The position numbers were made by a program, and so were the translations under genes. A DNA stretch of 64,000 nt from Candidatus Aceula meridiana (GTDB lineage: Bacteria; Omnitrophota; Gorgyraeia; Zapsychrales; Aceulaceae), in NCBI GenBank assembly GCA_030765185.1, contig JAVCDE010000026.1, forward strand, positions 17,276 to 81,275, given 5' to 3'. The notes beneath the pieces were generated by a model. That model saw only the letters and a program-made list of their open reading frames with translations. It did not search any database and was not told the DNA's origin. Below, piece by piece: positions 25,018 to 35,289 of this stretch (position 1 is its first letter; each line of letters starts with the position of its first letter).

Positions 25018-28000
25018 ATGCAATTATTTAGCAGAAAAAGACCAATTTTGAAGGCAACAAGCACTCTTGTTGTGCTTTTGGCCTTTTTGGTGAATTTTGC
25101 GCTTTCTCCATCTATTGGATATGCGGGGTTATTGGGATTGCCAAGTCCTGGAACGATGGTTCCTTTAAGTTCCGGATTCATTCCTACCATCCTACGTGGC
25201 ATTAGAATCCATCCTGATAATCCCTTTGAATTTGATTTTATTGTAGATAATGGTAACAGTGGGTTAGAAGGCGATGAGCTAAAGAAAGAAGGCGAAAAGA
25301 TTATTCGTTACTTCTTGGCTTCTATGACCCTTCCTGAAAAAGATGTGTGGGTCAACCTGTCTCCTTATGAAAAAGACCGCATTGTTTCAGATTCTCTTGG
25401 GTTTACAGAGATGGGCCGGGACATGCTTGCGCAGGATTATTTGCTAAAGCAAGTTACTGCATCCTTAATTTATCCAGAAAATGACTTGGGGAAAGAATTT
25501 TGGGATCGCGTTTATGAAAAAGCTTACCTTGAGCATGGCACAACCAATATTCCTATGAATACCTTTAATAAGGTATGGATTATTCCTGAAGAGGCCACGG
25601 TTTTCGAAGAAGGCGACACAGCATATGTTGTTGAAAGCAAGCTAAAGGTTATGCTCGAAGAAGATTATCTTGCCATGACTCAAGGCAAAAAACATAAGGC
25701 AGCCGGCAAAGAAGCTACAAGCTCTATTTCCTCGGAGATTGTTCGTGAAATTATTATTCCTGAGATTGAAAAAGAAGTTAATGAGGGTAAGAACTTTTCC
25801 GCTTTGCGCCAGATTACTAATTCTTGGATTTTGGCAACATGGTTTAAAAAGAATTTTAAAAAGTCTCTCTTAGGTCGTGTTTATAGCGACCAAAGCAAAG
25901 TAGAAGGTATTGATATTGAAGATAAAGAAGTTAGTAAAAAGATTTATGGACGATATCTTCAAGCTTTTAAAAAAGGTGTTTGCGATTATATTAAAATTGA
26001 TTACGACAAGTATTCTAAAAAACATGTTCCGCGTAAGTATTTTTCTGGTGGGGTAGTTTTAGCCAGCAGCGCTATAAAGTCGTATGAAAGAGGGTCAGAT
26101 GCTGTTATCCCTGAAAAAGCTCAGCAAGGACTTACAACATTTACAAGAAGGGCAGAGCGTGCAATTTCTAGAGGAGGCATGTTTATTTTAACAGGGGTGA
26201 TGCTTGTAGCAGGCTCGATTGCCCCAAAATTCAGCTTGGCCAAAGACGGTGGAGAAGCTGCCTCCAAGAAGGTAGTTCCTTCTGGCATTACGTATCCTAA
26301 CGAATACGGTGCGGATCAGCATATGCCAGGCCTGCTAAATATGCCAGGCCTGCCAGTAGCAGAAGGTGGGAGTGGCGATGCGCCGGCTAATCCACCGGTT
26401 GGTGAGACGGGAAAACATGATTACTTGGAGAATTTAGGGGGCCAGCATGGAATGATAGAATCAAAGTTTAAAGGAGTTGTCACAGAGGGTAGCCGTTCTT
26501 TTTATACATTTGAGAACACAAGTATTAAGACAGGAGCATCCTTAGGGGAGACCCACTTTCGAGTCACTGTAAGAGGAGGACAACCATTTCTTGAATATAC
26601 GGTTTATTCTGGAGAGGAAAGCAATAATTATTATAACAACTCTGCAAAGAAATGGTCTCGTGCAGGGAGGGGTGAGGTAACAGATCGGATAGAGCTAAAG
26701 GGCGAAGCCCAAGATGAGGGTAGGTTTTTAAAAATTCGCGAAGAGGCTCAAGCAGTTGTCGATCATGCTTATAATTTTGGTGTTGGAGCTGATGTTGCTC
26801 CGACGACACTCGGAAACCTAGTTGCTTTAGCTTATCGAAATATACAACAGCGAATCTGGGAGATAATTAAAGACGCAGGGGATTTGTTTGAAGGAAAAAA
26901 ATCTTATTCTTTAGATGTAGATTCTTCGGGAAGAGTATCTATCTCCACTGAAGGCTTGAGTTCTGATAAAGAAGTTTATGAAAAACCGACAAATTACGAG
27001 GTGACCTATAACCCTCAGCAGGATCAGTCAGTCACTTTGAGGGTTGTTCAGATCGATGTTTCAGGAACAATAGATTCAAAAGAACTTCAGCAGGAATTTA
27101 ACGCATTAACCTTTATGGTTGAGAATGGCGGCGAACAAGATTTGTATCTTATTGGTCTTTCAGGCGGGAATAATGCCGAACTTGAGAATTTGGATTTTAT
27201 GTCTAAGCAGAACGCACTTAAAACTATAGAAGAGATGGGAAGTCGTTATGATAAGGGCAATGGCAATACTCTTTATATCGAAAAGACATTGGATGTACAG
27301 AAAAAAACAAGAGAGAAGAAAGAAGAACTAGAGGCGTTAGGAAAAGAAGTAAAAGTGGAAGCTTCTGCTATTTCTGATTATCAACAAGATTCTGATGAAA
27401 TAGGTGATCAAAGATTAACAGAGGATGAATATGTTAATGGAGCAACACGTGAAGGAGGATACACCCTAGAAGGCGGTATCTATAAAAAAGTCGTTCAAGG
27501 GTGGAAAGATCTTGGGGTGAAGAATGTAAATAATTTTCATGTTGAAACAGAGGGAGAAGTGTCACCTTTAAAAGATTTAATGGAGAAGGAAGGAGGGCAA
27601 ATTTTTATTCCTGTTAAGGCAGATTTGAGCAACTTGGTTAAAGTTGTTGAAGAAAGCCAAAAGGAAGAAGTTCTTTCTATTCAAGTGCCGGCAACAGTCA
27701 ACAAAGAGAAGGTTTCTGTTTATGTTGTTAATAAAGAAGGAGGAATTCTCGAGAATTTGGTTGTCAACGGCGCTAACCAAAAACTCAATGAAAATCAAGT
27801 TTCTTATGACACAACAGGCTTTAATGATGGATTTGTCTATTTAGACCAGACTTTAGACCAGACAAATCTTATTTTTTCTGATTCGCTTAATGTAAAATTA
27901 ACTGGTGCTGAAGAAGTGACGGTTAAGATGATTCCCAGAATTAAAAAACACGATCTTCAGGCACAACAAGGGGAAAAAATTGTTGGTGTTGATGTTAGTA

Positions 28001-29163
28001 CTTCGATGACAGGGAGTACATTAAGAAAGATTCTTAAGGTGACTAAAGAGATCTCAAGCGAAGGATCATATGTCCAGTACGTCAGTGATGAGGTTAAAGC
28101 AGAAGGGGAAATCGGCGGAAACACTAATCTTCCTTTATTGGCTACGGATGTTTTTGATAAGGCACTTGAAAAGGGGGATCAGGGAGAAGTTGTTGACGTT
28201 ATTTTTATTAGCGATGTCAATTCAAACGAAGGAGATCTTTCAAGATATCTTCTGTCGAAGAGGCCAGGAAGCAGTATGTCCCGCGCAGAAGAATTTATTG
28301 AACAGGGACACAGGCTGACCCTTGTTACAAAAGACGAGACTAGGCAGAGAATGGAGTTTGCTCTTAAAAAGCAAGGGGCGGAGGGGAAGGTGCCTAGCCC
28401 TAGCGATGTCTTAAAACAAGATATGAGTGTTGTTGGTAATCGAAATTGGCATATGATTATGGCCTATCTTGTTGAACTTACAAGGGAAAATGGAAGTAAA
28501 ATTATAAGTTCAGGAAGACTTGAAGGAGCGGTTGAGAAGTTAAGCGAAAGCCATCTGCGCACAGGAGAGTTTGAAATTTCAGAAGATTTTGATGTTCAGT
28601 TTGTCGAGGTTAAGTGGACAGATCAAGACGGAGCTACGCATACTCGACGCCTAACAGTTCAAAAGACACCTGGCCATGCAAAAGATTTTAAGAATGTTAA
28701 AGAAATAACAGGCGGAGAATTTGAGAAGCTGGAGATTAAGAAAGCAGAGGCCAAGAAACCGTCAGTAGAGGAAAATAGCTCTGGTGACAAAACTTTTTTT
28801 GTTGACCCAAAAAATATCAACGATGCATATTCTGCAGAACAACAAAGAATAAGCGATCAGGCCAACAAAGCGATAAATCCTACGCCTAATGAGATTAAGG
28901 CAGGGATTGAGAAAGCGGTTAACAAAGCGTTGGGCGGCTCATCTAAGGCTTCTCCCACTGGTGGTATTGACCTTGATGCCGAAGAACTTGAACTCAAAAT
29001 AAAGGGAAGCGGTATTGATTTTACATTACCTGAAAATCTTAAGAATCTTGATCCGTCACAAATCCCTGGCCTGATTCCTACTATTATTAATATTGTTCCT
29101 ATTACGAATATTTCTAATCTTTGGGACGAGTCCTCCCCAGAGCCTTTAGCTTATCTTGATTAA
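25018..29163 (+). CDS. Large exported protein: conserved N-terminal domain (LPxPG..PFxFDF..WVNLSPYE..LAQDYLLKQ), variable middle with vWA MIDAS motif, C-terminal GGIDL domain
   Basis: 1381-aa ORF; SD AGGAG upstream; signal peptide ending GYA|G; DVSTS (27991) and VIFISD (28198-28215); C-terminal PTGGIDL...GLIPTIINIVPI. Confidence 0.85.
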   Translation: MQLFSRKRPILKATSTLVVLLAFLVNFALSPSIGYAGLLGLPSPGTMVPLSSGFIPTILRGIRIHPDNPFEFDFIVDNGNSGLEGDELKKEGEKIIRYFLASMTLPEKDVWVNLSPYEKDRIVSDSLGFTEMGRDMLAQDYLLKQVTASLIYPENDLGKEFWDRVYEKAYLEHGTTNIPMNTFNKVWIIPEEATVFEEGDTAYVVESKLKVMLEEDYLAMTQGKKHKAAGKEATSSISSEIVREIIIPEIEKEVNEGKNFSALRQITNSWILATWFKKNFKKSLLGRVYSDQSKVEGIDIEDKEVSKKIYGRYLQAFKKGVCDYIKIDYDKYSKKHVPRKYFSGGVVLASSAIKSYERGSDAVIPEKAQQGLTTFTRRAERAISRGGMFILTGVMLVAGSIAPKFSLAKDGGEAASKKVVPSGITYPNEYGADQHMPGLLNMPGLPVAEGGSGDAPANPPVGETGKHDYLENLGGQHGMIESKFKGVVTEGSRSFYTFENTSIKTGASLGETHFRVTVRGGQPFLEYTVYSGEESNNYYNNSAKKWSRAGRGEVTDRIELKGEAQDEGRFLKIREEAQAVVDHAYNFGVGADVAPTTLGNLVALAYRNIQQRIWEIIKDAGDLFEGKKSYSLDVDSSGRVSISTEGLSSDKEVYEKPTNYEVTYNPQQDQSVTLRVVQIDVSGTIDSKELQQEFNALTFMVENGGEQDLYLIGLSGGNNAELENLDFMSKQNALKTIEEMGSRYDKGNGNTLYIEKTLDVQKKTREKKEELEALGKEVKVEASAISDYQQDSDEIGDQRLTEDEYVNGATREGGYTLEGGIYKKVVQGWKDLGVKNVNNFHVETEGEVSPLKDLMEKEGGQIFIPVKADLSNLVKVVEESQKEEVLSIQVPATVNKEKVSVYVVNKEGGILENLVVNGANQKLNENQVSYDTTGFNDGFVYLDQTLDQTNLIFSDSLNVKLTGAEEVTVKMIPRIKKHDLQAQQGEKIVGVDVSTSMTGSTLRKILKVTKEISSEGSYVQYVSDEVKAEGEIGGNTNLPLLATDVFDKALEKGDQGEVVDVIFISDVNSNEGDLSRYLLSKRPGSSMSRAEEFIEQGHRLTLVTKDETRQRMEFALKKQGAEGKVPSPSDVLKQDMSVVGNRNWHMIMAYLVELTRENGSKIISSGRLEGAVEKLSESHLRTGEFEISEDFDVQFVEVKWTDQDGATHTRRLTVQKTPGHAKDFKNVKEITGGEFEKLEIKKAEAKKPSVEENSSGDKTFFVDPKNINDAYSAEQQRISDQANKAINPTPNEIKAGIEKAVNKALGGSSKASPTGGIDLDAEELELKIKGSGIDFTLPENLKNLDPSQIPGLIPTIINIVPITNISNLWDESSPEPLAYLD

Positions 29164-29237
29164 CCTTTTTTATTGGATCCTTTCACTCGAACCCTCTAAT
29201 CCTTTAATCCTTTATTCCTTTCTGATATACTATTTTC

Positions 29238-30470
29238 ATGCCTTTAAAGAAATTATCTTACCATCCAGAGCTTGTTTGTCCTGCCGGAGACTGGCCGTCT
29301 TTGATGGCAGCTGCTGATTCTGGTGCTGACAGCGTATATTTTGGCGTTAAAGGAATAAACATGCGCGCACGAGCTTCTAATTTTGACATCCTTGAGATTA
29401 AAAAGGTTATTGGGTTTCTGCACGACCGCAAAATCAAAGGATATCTTGCCCTTAATACGGTTATTCAAAATGAAGAGATTAAGAAAGTTGAAAAGATTTT
29501 ATCTGAGGCTAAAAAGGCAAAAGTAGATAGTGTGATTTTGTGGGACATGGCGGTTTTAGGGCTGGCGAAGAAGAAAGGATTGCGCATCCATCTGTCAACT
29601 CAGGCGAGCGTTTCCAACATAGAAGCGGTTAGGTTTTACGTTAAGCTTGGTGTTAAACGTATTGTCTTAGCACGCGAGTGCACGCTTGCAGATATTAAGA
29701 AAATTACAGCGCAAATTAAAAAAGAAAAGATTAAGTGTGAGGTCGAAGCCTTTATTCACGGCGCGATGTGTGTAAGTGTCTCGGGCCGTTGTTTTTTATC
29801 AGAATACACTTTTGACAAATCAGCTAACCGGGGCGATTGCCTGCAGCCATGCCGCAGAGAATTTCATATTAAAGATATCAATGGTGAAAGCGAATATATT
29901 CTCGGCAGTGATTATGTTCTAAGCCCTAAAGATCTTTGTACTATTGATTTTATTGATGAGCTTATCAAAGTTGGTATCCGTGGACTTAAGATCGAAGGAC
30001 GGATGCGCTCACCGGAATATATCCGTACAGCTGCAGGCTGCTATCGCAAGGCTATTGATTATTTCTTAGAAGGCAAGCTAACTTCTAAGATAAAAACGGA
30101 TTTGAAAAAAGAATTAAAGACAGTTTATAATCGAGGCTTTTCTTCCGGATTTTACTATGGCGCCCCAGGTGCCAAGGACATGAGCCAGGGCCTTGAGCAT
30201 ACCCATGAAAAAGTTTATATAGGCGAAGTAAAGAAGTTTTATTCACGGCTAGGGGTGGCAGATATTCGTATGCGTAGCGGAACTCTAAAAAAAGGAAATG
30301 AGTTGCTTTTTATCGGGCAGACGACGCCGGCTTTAAAAGCAGTTGTTAGCCAAATGCAGAGTAATCATGTTTTTGTAAGTCAAGCAATAAAGGGAACATC
30401 GGTAGGTGTTAAGCTTCCCTTTATTGTTAAGGCAAAAGACAAAGTATTTTTATGGAAAGAAAAAGAATGA
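29238..30470 (+). CDS. Peptidase U32 family protein (TrhP/PrtC-like, likely RNA hydroxylation)
   Basis: PELVCPAG, GADSVYFG, HLSTQAS, HGAMCVSVSGRC, NRGDCLQPCR, LKIEGRMRS. Confidence 0.92.
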   Translation: MPLKKLSYHPELVCPAGDWPSLMAAADSGADSVYFGVKGINMRARASNFDILEIKKVIGFLHDRKIKGYLALNTVIQNEEIKKVEKILSEAKKAKVDSVILWDMAVLGLAKKKGLRIHLSTQASVSNIEAVRFYVKLGVKRIVLARECTLADIKKITAQIKKEKIKCEVEAFIHGAMCVSVSGRCFLSEYTFDKSANRGDCLQPCRREFHIKDINGESEYILGSDYVLSPKDLCTIDFIDELIKVGIRGLKIEGRMRSPEYIRTAAGCYRKAIDYFLEGKLTSKIKTDLKKELKTVYNRGFSSGFYYGAPGAKDMSQGLEHTHEKVYIGEVKKFYSRLGVADIRMRSGTLKKGNELLFIGQTTPALKAVVSQMQSNHVFVSQAIKGTSVGVKLPFIVKAKDKVFLWKEKE

Positions 30471-32173
30471 GTGATTTAAATAATCTCATCAAAAACTTCT
30501 ACAGAAAAATTGTCGGATTTTTGTCTTTACCAAGAGTGATAGCAGTTTTTATTGCGATTGGGATTATTGTCCGCGCCAAGCAATATTTGGCCAACTGTTC
30601 TTTTTGGATGGATGAAACTTGGGTTGCGGCGATGATCATAAGCCAATCACCGGCTGAGTTGATTGATGGATCAGGTATTTTTTCTGAGCTTCCAACGACA
30701 CCTTTGGGATTTATGTTAATTGCGAAAGCCTTTACTATGGCTTTAGGGAACTCCGAGCTCGTTCTTCGATTATTTCCTTTTTTATGCTCGATTGCCGCAT
30801 TATTTGTTTTTAACCGGTTTTCTAGGAGAGTATTACCTTTAAAAGAAGCCGCAGTTGCTACAGGGCTTTTTGCGTTTTCGCCGATTCTCATTTCTTATGC
30901 CGCTGAATTAAAACAATATTCATCAGATCTTTTTATTGTGCTTTTGTTTTATTATTATTTTGTATTTCTTTTAGATAAAAAAATTTTATTTAGAAATTTC
31001 TTTATTCTTGCTTTTGCAGGAAGCGTTGCCATGTGGATATCGAACACATGCGTTTTTGTGTTAGCTGCCGGCGGGATAACGTTATCTGTTGCAAGCCTTG
31101 TTAAAAAACAAGGAAAGAGATTTTTTGTCTTGATTGGCGTTTATGCAATATGGATTCTTAATTTCGCTGTTCTTTATAAACAGAAGTTAGCTCCATTAGT
31201 CGGAGAAGAGTCATTGGTTGCGACATGGCCAGGGGCCTTTGCCTCAAATCCGATTTTATCTTTTGAAAATCTTTTTTGGGCTAAAGAGGTTTTTGTTGAA
31301 ATGTTTAAAGACCTTGGAGGCTTTATTTTGCCTTCGATTGCGGCTATTCTTTTTATTGTTGGGTTGGTTAGTCTTTTTTTAAAGAAAAAATATCAAGCTA
31401 TGCTGTTTGCGCTCCCTGTTGTTTTAGCTTTTATGGCTGCTGTTTTTCAGAAATATCCGTTTCGCGAACGCGTCATTCTTTTTCTTGTTCCTTGCGTTCT
31501 TATTTTTGTGGTGCAGGGCGTTGCCTTTTTTGTGGCAAAGACAAAGAAGTTTTCACTGCTGGTCTTTGCAGTTTTTGTTGTTTTCCTATTTTTTAATCCT
31601 GTAAGACAAGCTATTAAAGGATTTAGCCTCAGTCCTTGCAAACAAGATCTCAGGGCGATGATGGAATTTTTTAATGAAAATTATCAGCCGGAAGACGCTA
31701 TTTTTCTTGATTCGGTTGCCCAAACATCAAGCTGGTACTACGGAGATCTTTTAGGATTTAACAAGCGGTTTCCGGAAACATTATCTTTTAAGGACCCGCG
31801 AGACGGAAGAGTCAGTCTCCATGAAATAGGAAAATTTCATATTGGCTACAAAACCATCAGAGGCATCGACCTTCTAATTTATCGTCAAGAATTTAACGTT
31901 TATAACACAAATGGAGATTTCCGGGGTGCCCGAGTTCGAAGAGGTAATTCTGGAAAAGACTATTACTATATTTTAGAAAACATTCCACACATCGAACCTA
32001 TTAAGGGAAAGAGAGTGTGGTTGATGTTTGGTGACTCAGAGTTTGAGAAAATGGCAGACATTGCCAAAAGTTCGTTTGATAAGAAATTTTTTCTTCTTAA
32101 GGTTTTTGAAGGAAAAGGCGCTAAGGCCTTGTTGTATGATACGCGTGTAGAGAGAAAAAATCCCACCCAATAA
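30467..32173 (+). CDS. GT-C (GT39/GT83-like) polytopic membrane glycosyltransferase
   Basis: FWMDE motif after TM1, LRLFPFL, YAAELKQYS, many TMs; ATGA overlap with upstream stop. Confidence 0.75.
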   Translation: MSDLNNLIKNFYRKIVGFLSLPRVIAVFIAIGIIVRAKQYLANCSFWMDETWVAAMIISQSPAELIDGSGIFSELPTTPLGFMLIAKAFTMALGNSELVLRLFPFLCSIAALFVFNRFSRRVLPLKEAAVATGLFAFSPILISYAAELKQYSSDLFIVLLFYYYFVFLLDKKILFRNFFILAFAGSVAMWISNTCVFVLAAGGITLSVASLVKKQGKRFFVLIGVYAIWILNFAVLYKQKLAPLVGEESLVATWPGAFASNPILSFENLFWAKEVFVEMFKDLGGFILPSIAAILFIVGLVSLFLKKKYQAMLFALPVVLAFMAAVFQKYPFRERVILFLVPCVLIFVVQGVAFFVAKTKKFSLLVFAVFVVFLFFNPVRQAIKGFSLSPCKQDLRAMMEFFNENYQPEDAIFLDSVAQTSSWYYGDLLGFNKRFPETLSFKDPRDGRVSLHEIGKFHIGYKTIRGIDLLIYRQEFNVYNTNGDFRGARVRRGNSGKDYYYILENIPHIEPIKGKRVWLMFGDSEFEKMADIAKSSFDKKFFLLKVFEGKGAKALLYDTRVERKNPTQ

Positions 32174-32176
32174 TTA

Positions 32177-33709
32177 TTAAACCCACAGGCTTCTATCTAA
32201 GCTTCGGTATTGAATGGCTTCGGAGATATGTTCAGGAAGGATTGCCTTTTCGTTGTCAAGGTCGGCGATGGTGCGCGCGATTTTAAGAATTTTATCATGC
32301 GCGCGGGCTGATAAGGCTAATTCTTCAATGGCAACTTTTAGAAGGTTTTTGGATTGTTCTTGAAGTGCGCAGAATTCTTTGATTTGGCGCTGACTCATTT
32401 GAGCATTGCAGAAGATTTCTTTATCTTTAAAGCGTTTTTGCTGATGCTGTCTTGCTGCTGAAGTTCTTTTTTTAATGTCCGTAGAAGATTCCGGAGCTTC
32501 TTTAGAAAAAAGCTCCTGCGTTTTAAGAGAAGGGACTTCAATGTGGATATCGATACGATCTAGTAGAGGTCCTGAAATTTTCGCGAGATATTTTTGAATT
32601 TTTTGCGGAGGACAGTGGCACTCTTTTTTAGGGTCCGTATAGTAGCCGCACGGGCAGGGGTTCATCGCGCAAGCGAGCATAAATTTTGTTGGAAATTTTA
32701 CAGATTTATGGGCGCGGGCCACGTTGACATAACCGTCTTCGAGGGGTTGGCGCAGTGCTTCTAAAACATTGCGATTAAATTCTGGAAGTTCGTCTAAAAA
32801 CAAGATTCCGTTGTGTGCCAAGCTTACTTCGCCGGGCTTAGGAATTGTTCCCCCGCCGACTAAAGCCACATCAGATGAGGTGTGGTGCGGCGAGCGGAAA
32901 GGCCTGATTCCGATACTGGATAAGTCGGGTTTTACAAGGCCTGCGATAGAATGAATTTTAAGAATTTCTAAGGCCTCTTCGCGTTCAAGGTTTGGCAAAA
33001 TTGTAGTTAGGCGTTTGGCAAGCATGGTTTTTCCGCTACCTGGCGGTCCGATTAAAAGAATATTATGGCCTCCAGCTGCTGCTACTTCTAAGCCCCTTTT
33101 GGCAAAAGCCTGTCCTTTAACATCTTGAAAATCAATATTATAGTTATGGCGACCTTGAAAATAATTTTTTTTCGTTGTTTTAAAAGGTTTGATAGACGTG
33201 GGGTCTTGTAAAAAGTGAACGACTTCCGTTAAGGTATGTGCAGGATAAATAGCGATAGATCCGGCAAGGGCAGCCTCGGCAGCATTTTCTTGTGGCAAGA
33301 GGATACCGTCAAATTTTTCTTTCGAGGCAGCTAGCGCAATCGAAAAAGTACCTTTAACAGGACGGATTTTTCCATCTAAAGAGAGTTCGCCTAAAACAAT
33401 ATATTTTTTAGCAGCATTTGTATTGATTTTGCCATTTGAAGCCAAGACGCCCAAGGCAATGCTTAAATCAAAGCAGGGGCCTTCTTTTTTGATGTTTGCC
33501 GGGGAAAGGTTGACTGTAATGCGCTGAGCCGGGAAATCATAGTGGCTATTTTTGATAGCCGAACGTACGCGTTCTTTACTTTCTTTAACCGCATTATCCG
33601 GTAAGCCTACGATGATAACTGATGGTAGGCCATGGGAGATATCTACCTCTACTGTAACCGGAGAGGCTTCTAAGCCGCAGATAGCATAACTATGAATTTT
33701 CGAGAACAT
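32177..33709 (-). CDS. comM: YifB/ComM Mg-chelatase-like AAA+ ATPase
   Basis: IVGLPDNAVKESKERVRSAI, GPPGSGKT, RPFRSPHH, GEVSLAHNGILFLDELPEF. Confidence 0.93.
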   Translation of the reverse strand: MFSKIHSYAICGLEASPVTVEVDISHGLPSVIIVGLPDNAVKESKERVRSAIKNSHYDFPAQRITVNLSPANIKKEGPCFDLSIALGVLASNGKINTNAAKKYIVLGELSLDGKIRPVKGTFSIALAASKEKFDGILLPQENAAEAALAGSIAIYPAHTLTEVVHFLQDPTSIKPFKTTKKNYFQGRHNYNIDFQDVKGQAFAKRGLEVAAAGGHNILLIGPPGSGKTMLAKRLTTILPNLEREEALEILKIHSIAGLVKPDLSSIGIRPFRSPHHTSSDVALVGGGTIPKPGEVSLAHNGILFLDELPEFNRNVLEALRQPLEDGYVNVARAHKSVKFPTKFMLACAMNPCPCGYYTDPKKECHCPPQKIQKYLAKISGPLLDRIDIHIEVPSLKTQELFSKEAPESSTDIKKRTSAARQHQQKRFKDKEIFCNAQMSQRQIKEFCALQEQSKNLLKVAIEELALSARAHDKILKIARTIADLDNEKAILPEHISEAIQYRSLDRSLWV

Positions 33710-33861
33710 TGCTGATAACTGTATATTTATTGTGTATAATATACTTAATAATACTTATTTAAACGTCCTGTGAAAAGACCTTGCTTTTTTGATGTTCAAA
33801 ATTTATAATGTTAAACTAACATACTAGATGTAACACGTCAAGATAAGAACAGGAGGAACGT

Positions 33862-34317
33862 GTGAGCAGCCTTTTTCACGAAATTTCTACGAACAAAGTG
33901 CTTATGGTCACGGTTTCCGTATGGATTATTGCTCAGGCCCTTAAGGTTGTTTTCGGGTTTATCGTTGAGCGAAAATTTAACTTTAGGTGGTTTATAGGAA
34001 CAGGGGGCATGCCCTCAAGCCATGCGGCAGGCGTAACAGCTCTTGCAACAACTTGCGGGATTCACTTAGGATTTAACTCTGTCGCTTTTGCCATGGCAAC
34101 AGTTTTTGCAATGGTTACTATGTTTGATGCTCAAGGCGTGAGGCGTTCTACAGGTCAGCAGGCGCAGATTTTAAATAAAATTATTGATGATATTTATTGG
34201 CGAGGAAAGGTTGAGCCCCAGAAGCTTAAAGAACTTATTGGGCATACCCCTTTTCAGGTTTTAGTCGGTTCTTTTTTAGGGTTTGTTGTTTCGCTTTATC
34301 TTTATTATCAGCTTTAG
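33862..34317 (+). CDS. Divergent PAP2 family protein (DUF212)
   Basis: GGMPSSH, DAQGVRR, ELIGHTP; SD AGGAGG, GTG start. Confidence 0.9.
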   Translation: MSSLFHEISTNKVLMVTVSVWIIAQALKVVFGFIVERKFNFRWFIGTGGMPSSHAAGVTALATTCGIHLGFNSVAFAMATVFAMVTMFDAQGVRRSTGQQAQILNKIIDDIYWRGKVEPQKLKELIGHTPFQVLVGSFLGFVVSLYLYYQL

Positions 34318-34473
34318 CTGTTAAGTTAAGGAAATTACGATGTATTTCGTGAGCGGGATCAACGCATGCAAGAATTATAATCATTTACCCCGCTTGCGCG
34401 GGGTAAATTCGTCCAACAAGTTTACGTTCACTGTCGTTCCGTAAACATAGGGCTCATTTAAGGAGAGAACTTA

Positions 34474-35286
34474 ATGAAAAAGAAAATTCTTATTGTTGCC
34501 GGAGTTATTGCTTTTCTCTTTTTTCTGAAAGTTTTAGCTTCGCCTAGAGGGGACACTACGCCTACTCAAGTTAAGTCTAATCCTAAAGAGGTGCAGGCTC
34601 TTTACAAGGAGGCGGTTACTGCAGAAGAAGGAAATGATTTAGCTACAGCGAAAGAACTTTACAAAAATATCATGAATGATTATCCTGATTTTTCTGAGAT
34701 GGAAGATGTTCAAAAACGCCTTGAACAAGCAAATTTGGGTATTATTTTTTCAAAAGCGCAAACACCTCAAACTGTTATTCATGTTGTTGAAAAAGGTGAT
34801 TCTTTAAGCAAACTTGGGAAAAAGTATAATTGTACTGTTGCCTTAATCAAAAAGAGCAATAATTTAAAGAACGATATCATCCGCATAGGGCAGCGCCTGC
34901 GCATTTGGGCAGAACCTTTTTCTGTCTTGGTGGACAAGTCACAAAATAAATTGATTTTAAAGTCAGGCGATGAGGTTGTTAAAGTTTATACGGTTGCTAC
35001 CGGAAAAGACAATTCTACTCCCGTTGGGACATTTATTATTGAAACTAAACTTGTTGATCCAGTATGGTTTAAAAGTGGGGCGATTATTCCTCCGGATAGC
35101 GCTCAAAATGAACTTGGTGCTCGCTGGATGGGATTTGATATTCAAGGCTATGGTATTCATGGGACCACGCACCCTGAAAGCTTGGGCCAGCAGGCAACAG
35201 CCGGTTGTGTTCGTATGCACAATGATGATGTCAAAGAGCTGTATGACCTTTTAACTTTGAACACACAAGTTACGATTGTTGATTAA
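34474..35286 (+). CDS. LysM-containing L,D-transpeptidase (YkuD family)
   Basis: LysM HVVEKGDSLSKLG; catalytic GIHGT...TAGCVRM. Confidence 0.92.
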   Translation: MKKKILIVAGVIAFLFFLKVLASPRGDTTPTQVKSNPKEVQALYKEAVTAEEGNDLATAKELYKNIMNDYPDFSEMEDVQKRLEQANLGIIFSKAQTPQTVIHVVEKGDSLSKLGKKYNCTVALIKKSNNLKNDIIRIGQRLRIWAEPFSVLVDKSQNKLILKSGDEVVKVYTVATGKDNSTPVGTFIIETKLVDPVWFKSGAIIPPDSAQNELGARWMGFDIQGYGIHGTTHPESLGQQATAGCVRMHNDDVKELYDLLTLNTQVTIVD

Positions 35287-35289
35287 AAT

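Noticed and set aside
26320-26354. Short direct repeat atatgccaggcctgc (MPGLLNMPGLP)
   Set aside because: Two 15-bp copies in a low-complexity linker, most likely local slippage.
29238-30470. U32 'peptidase' as the processing protease for the giant protein
   Set aside because: Characterised U32 proteins with this Cys cluster are Fe-S hydroxylation enzymes; adjacency alone is not evidence.
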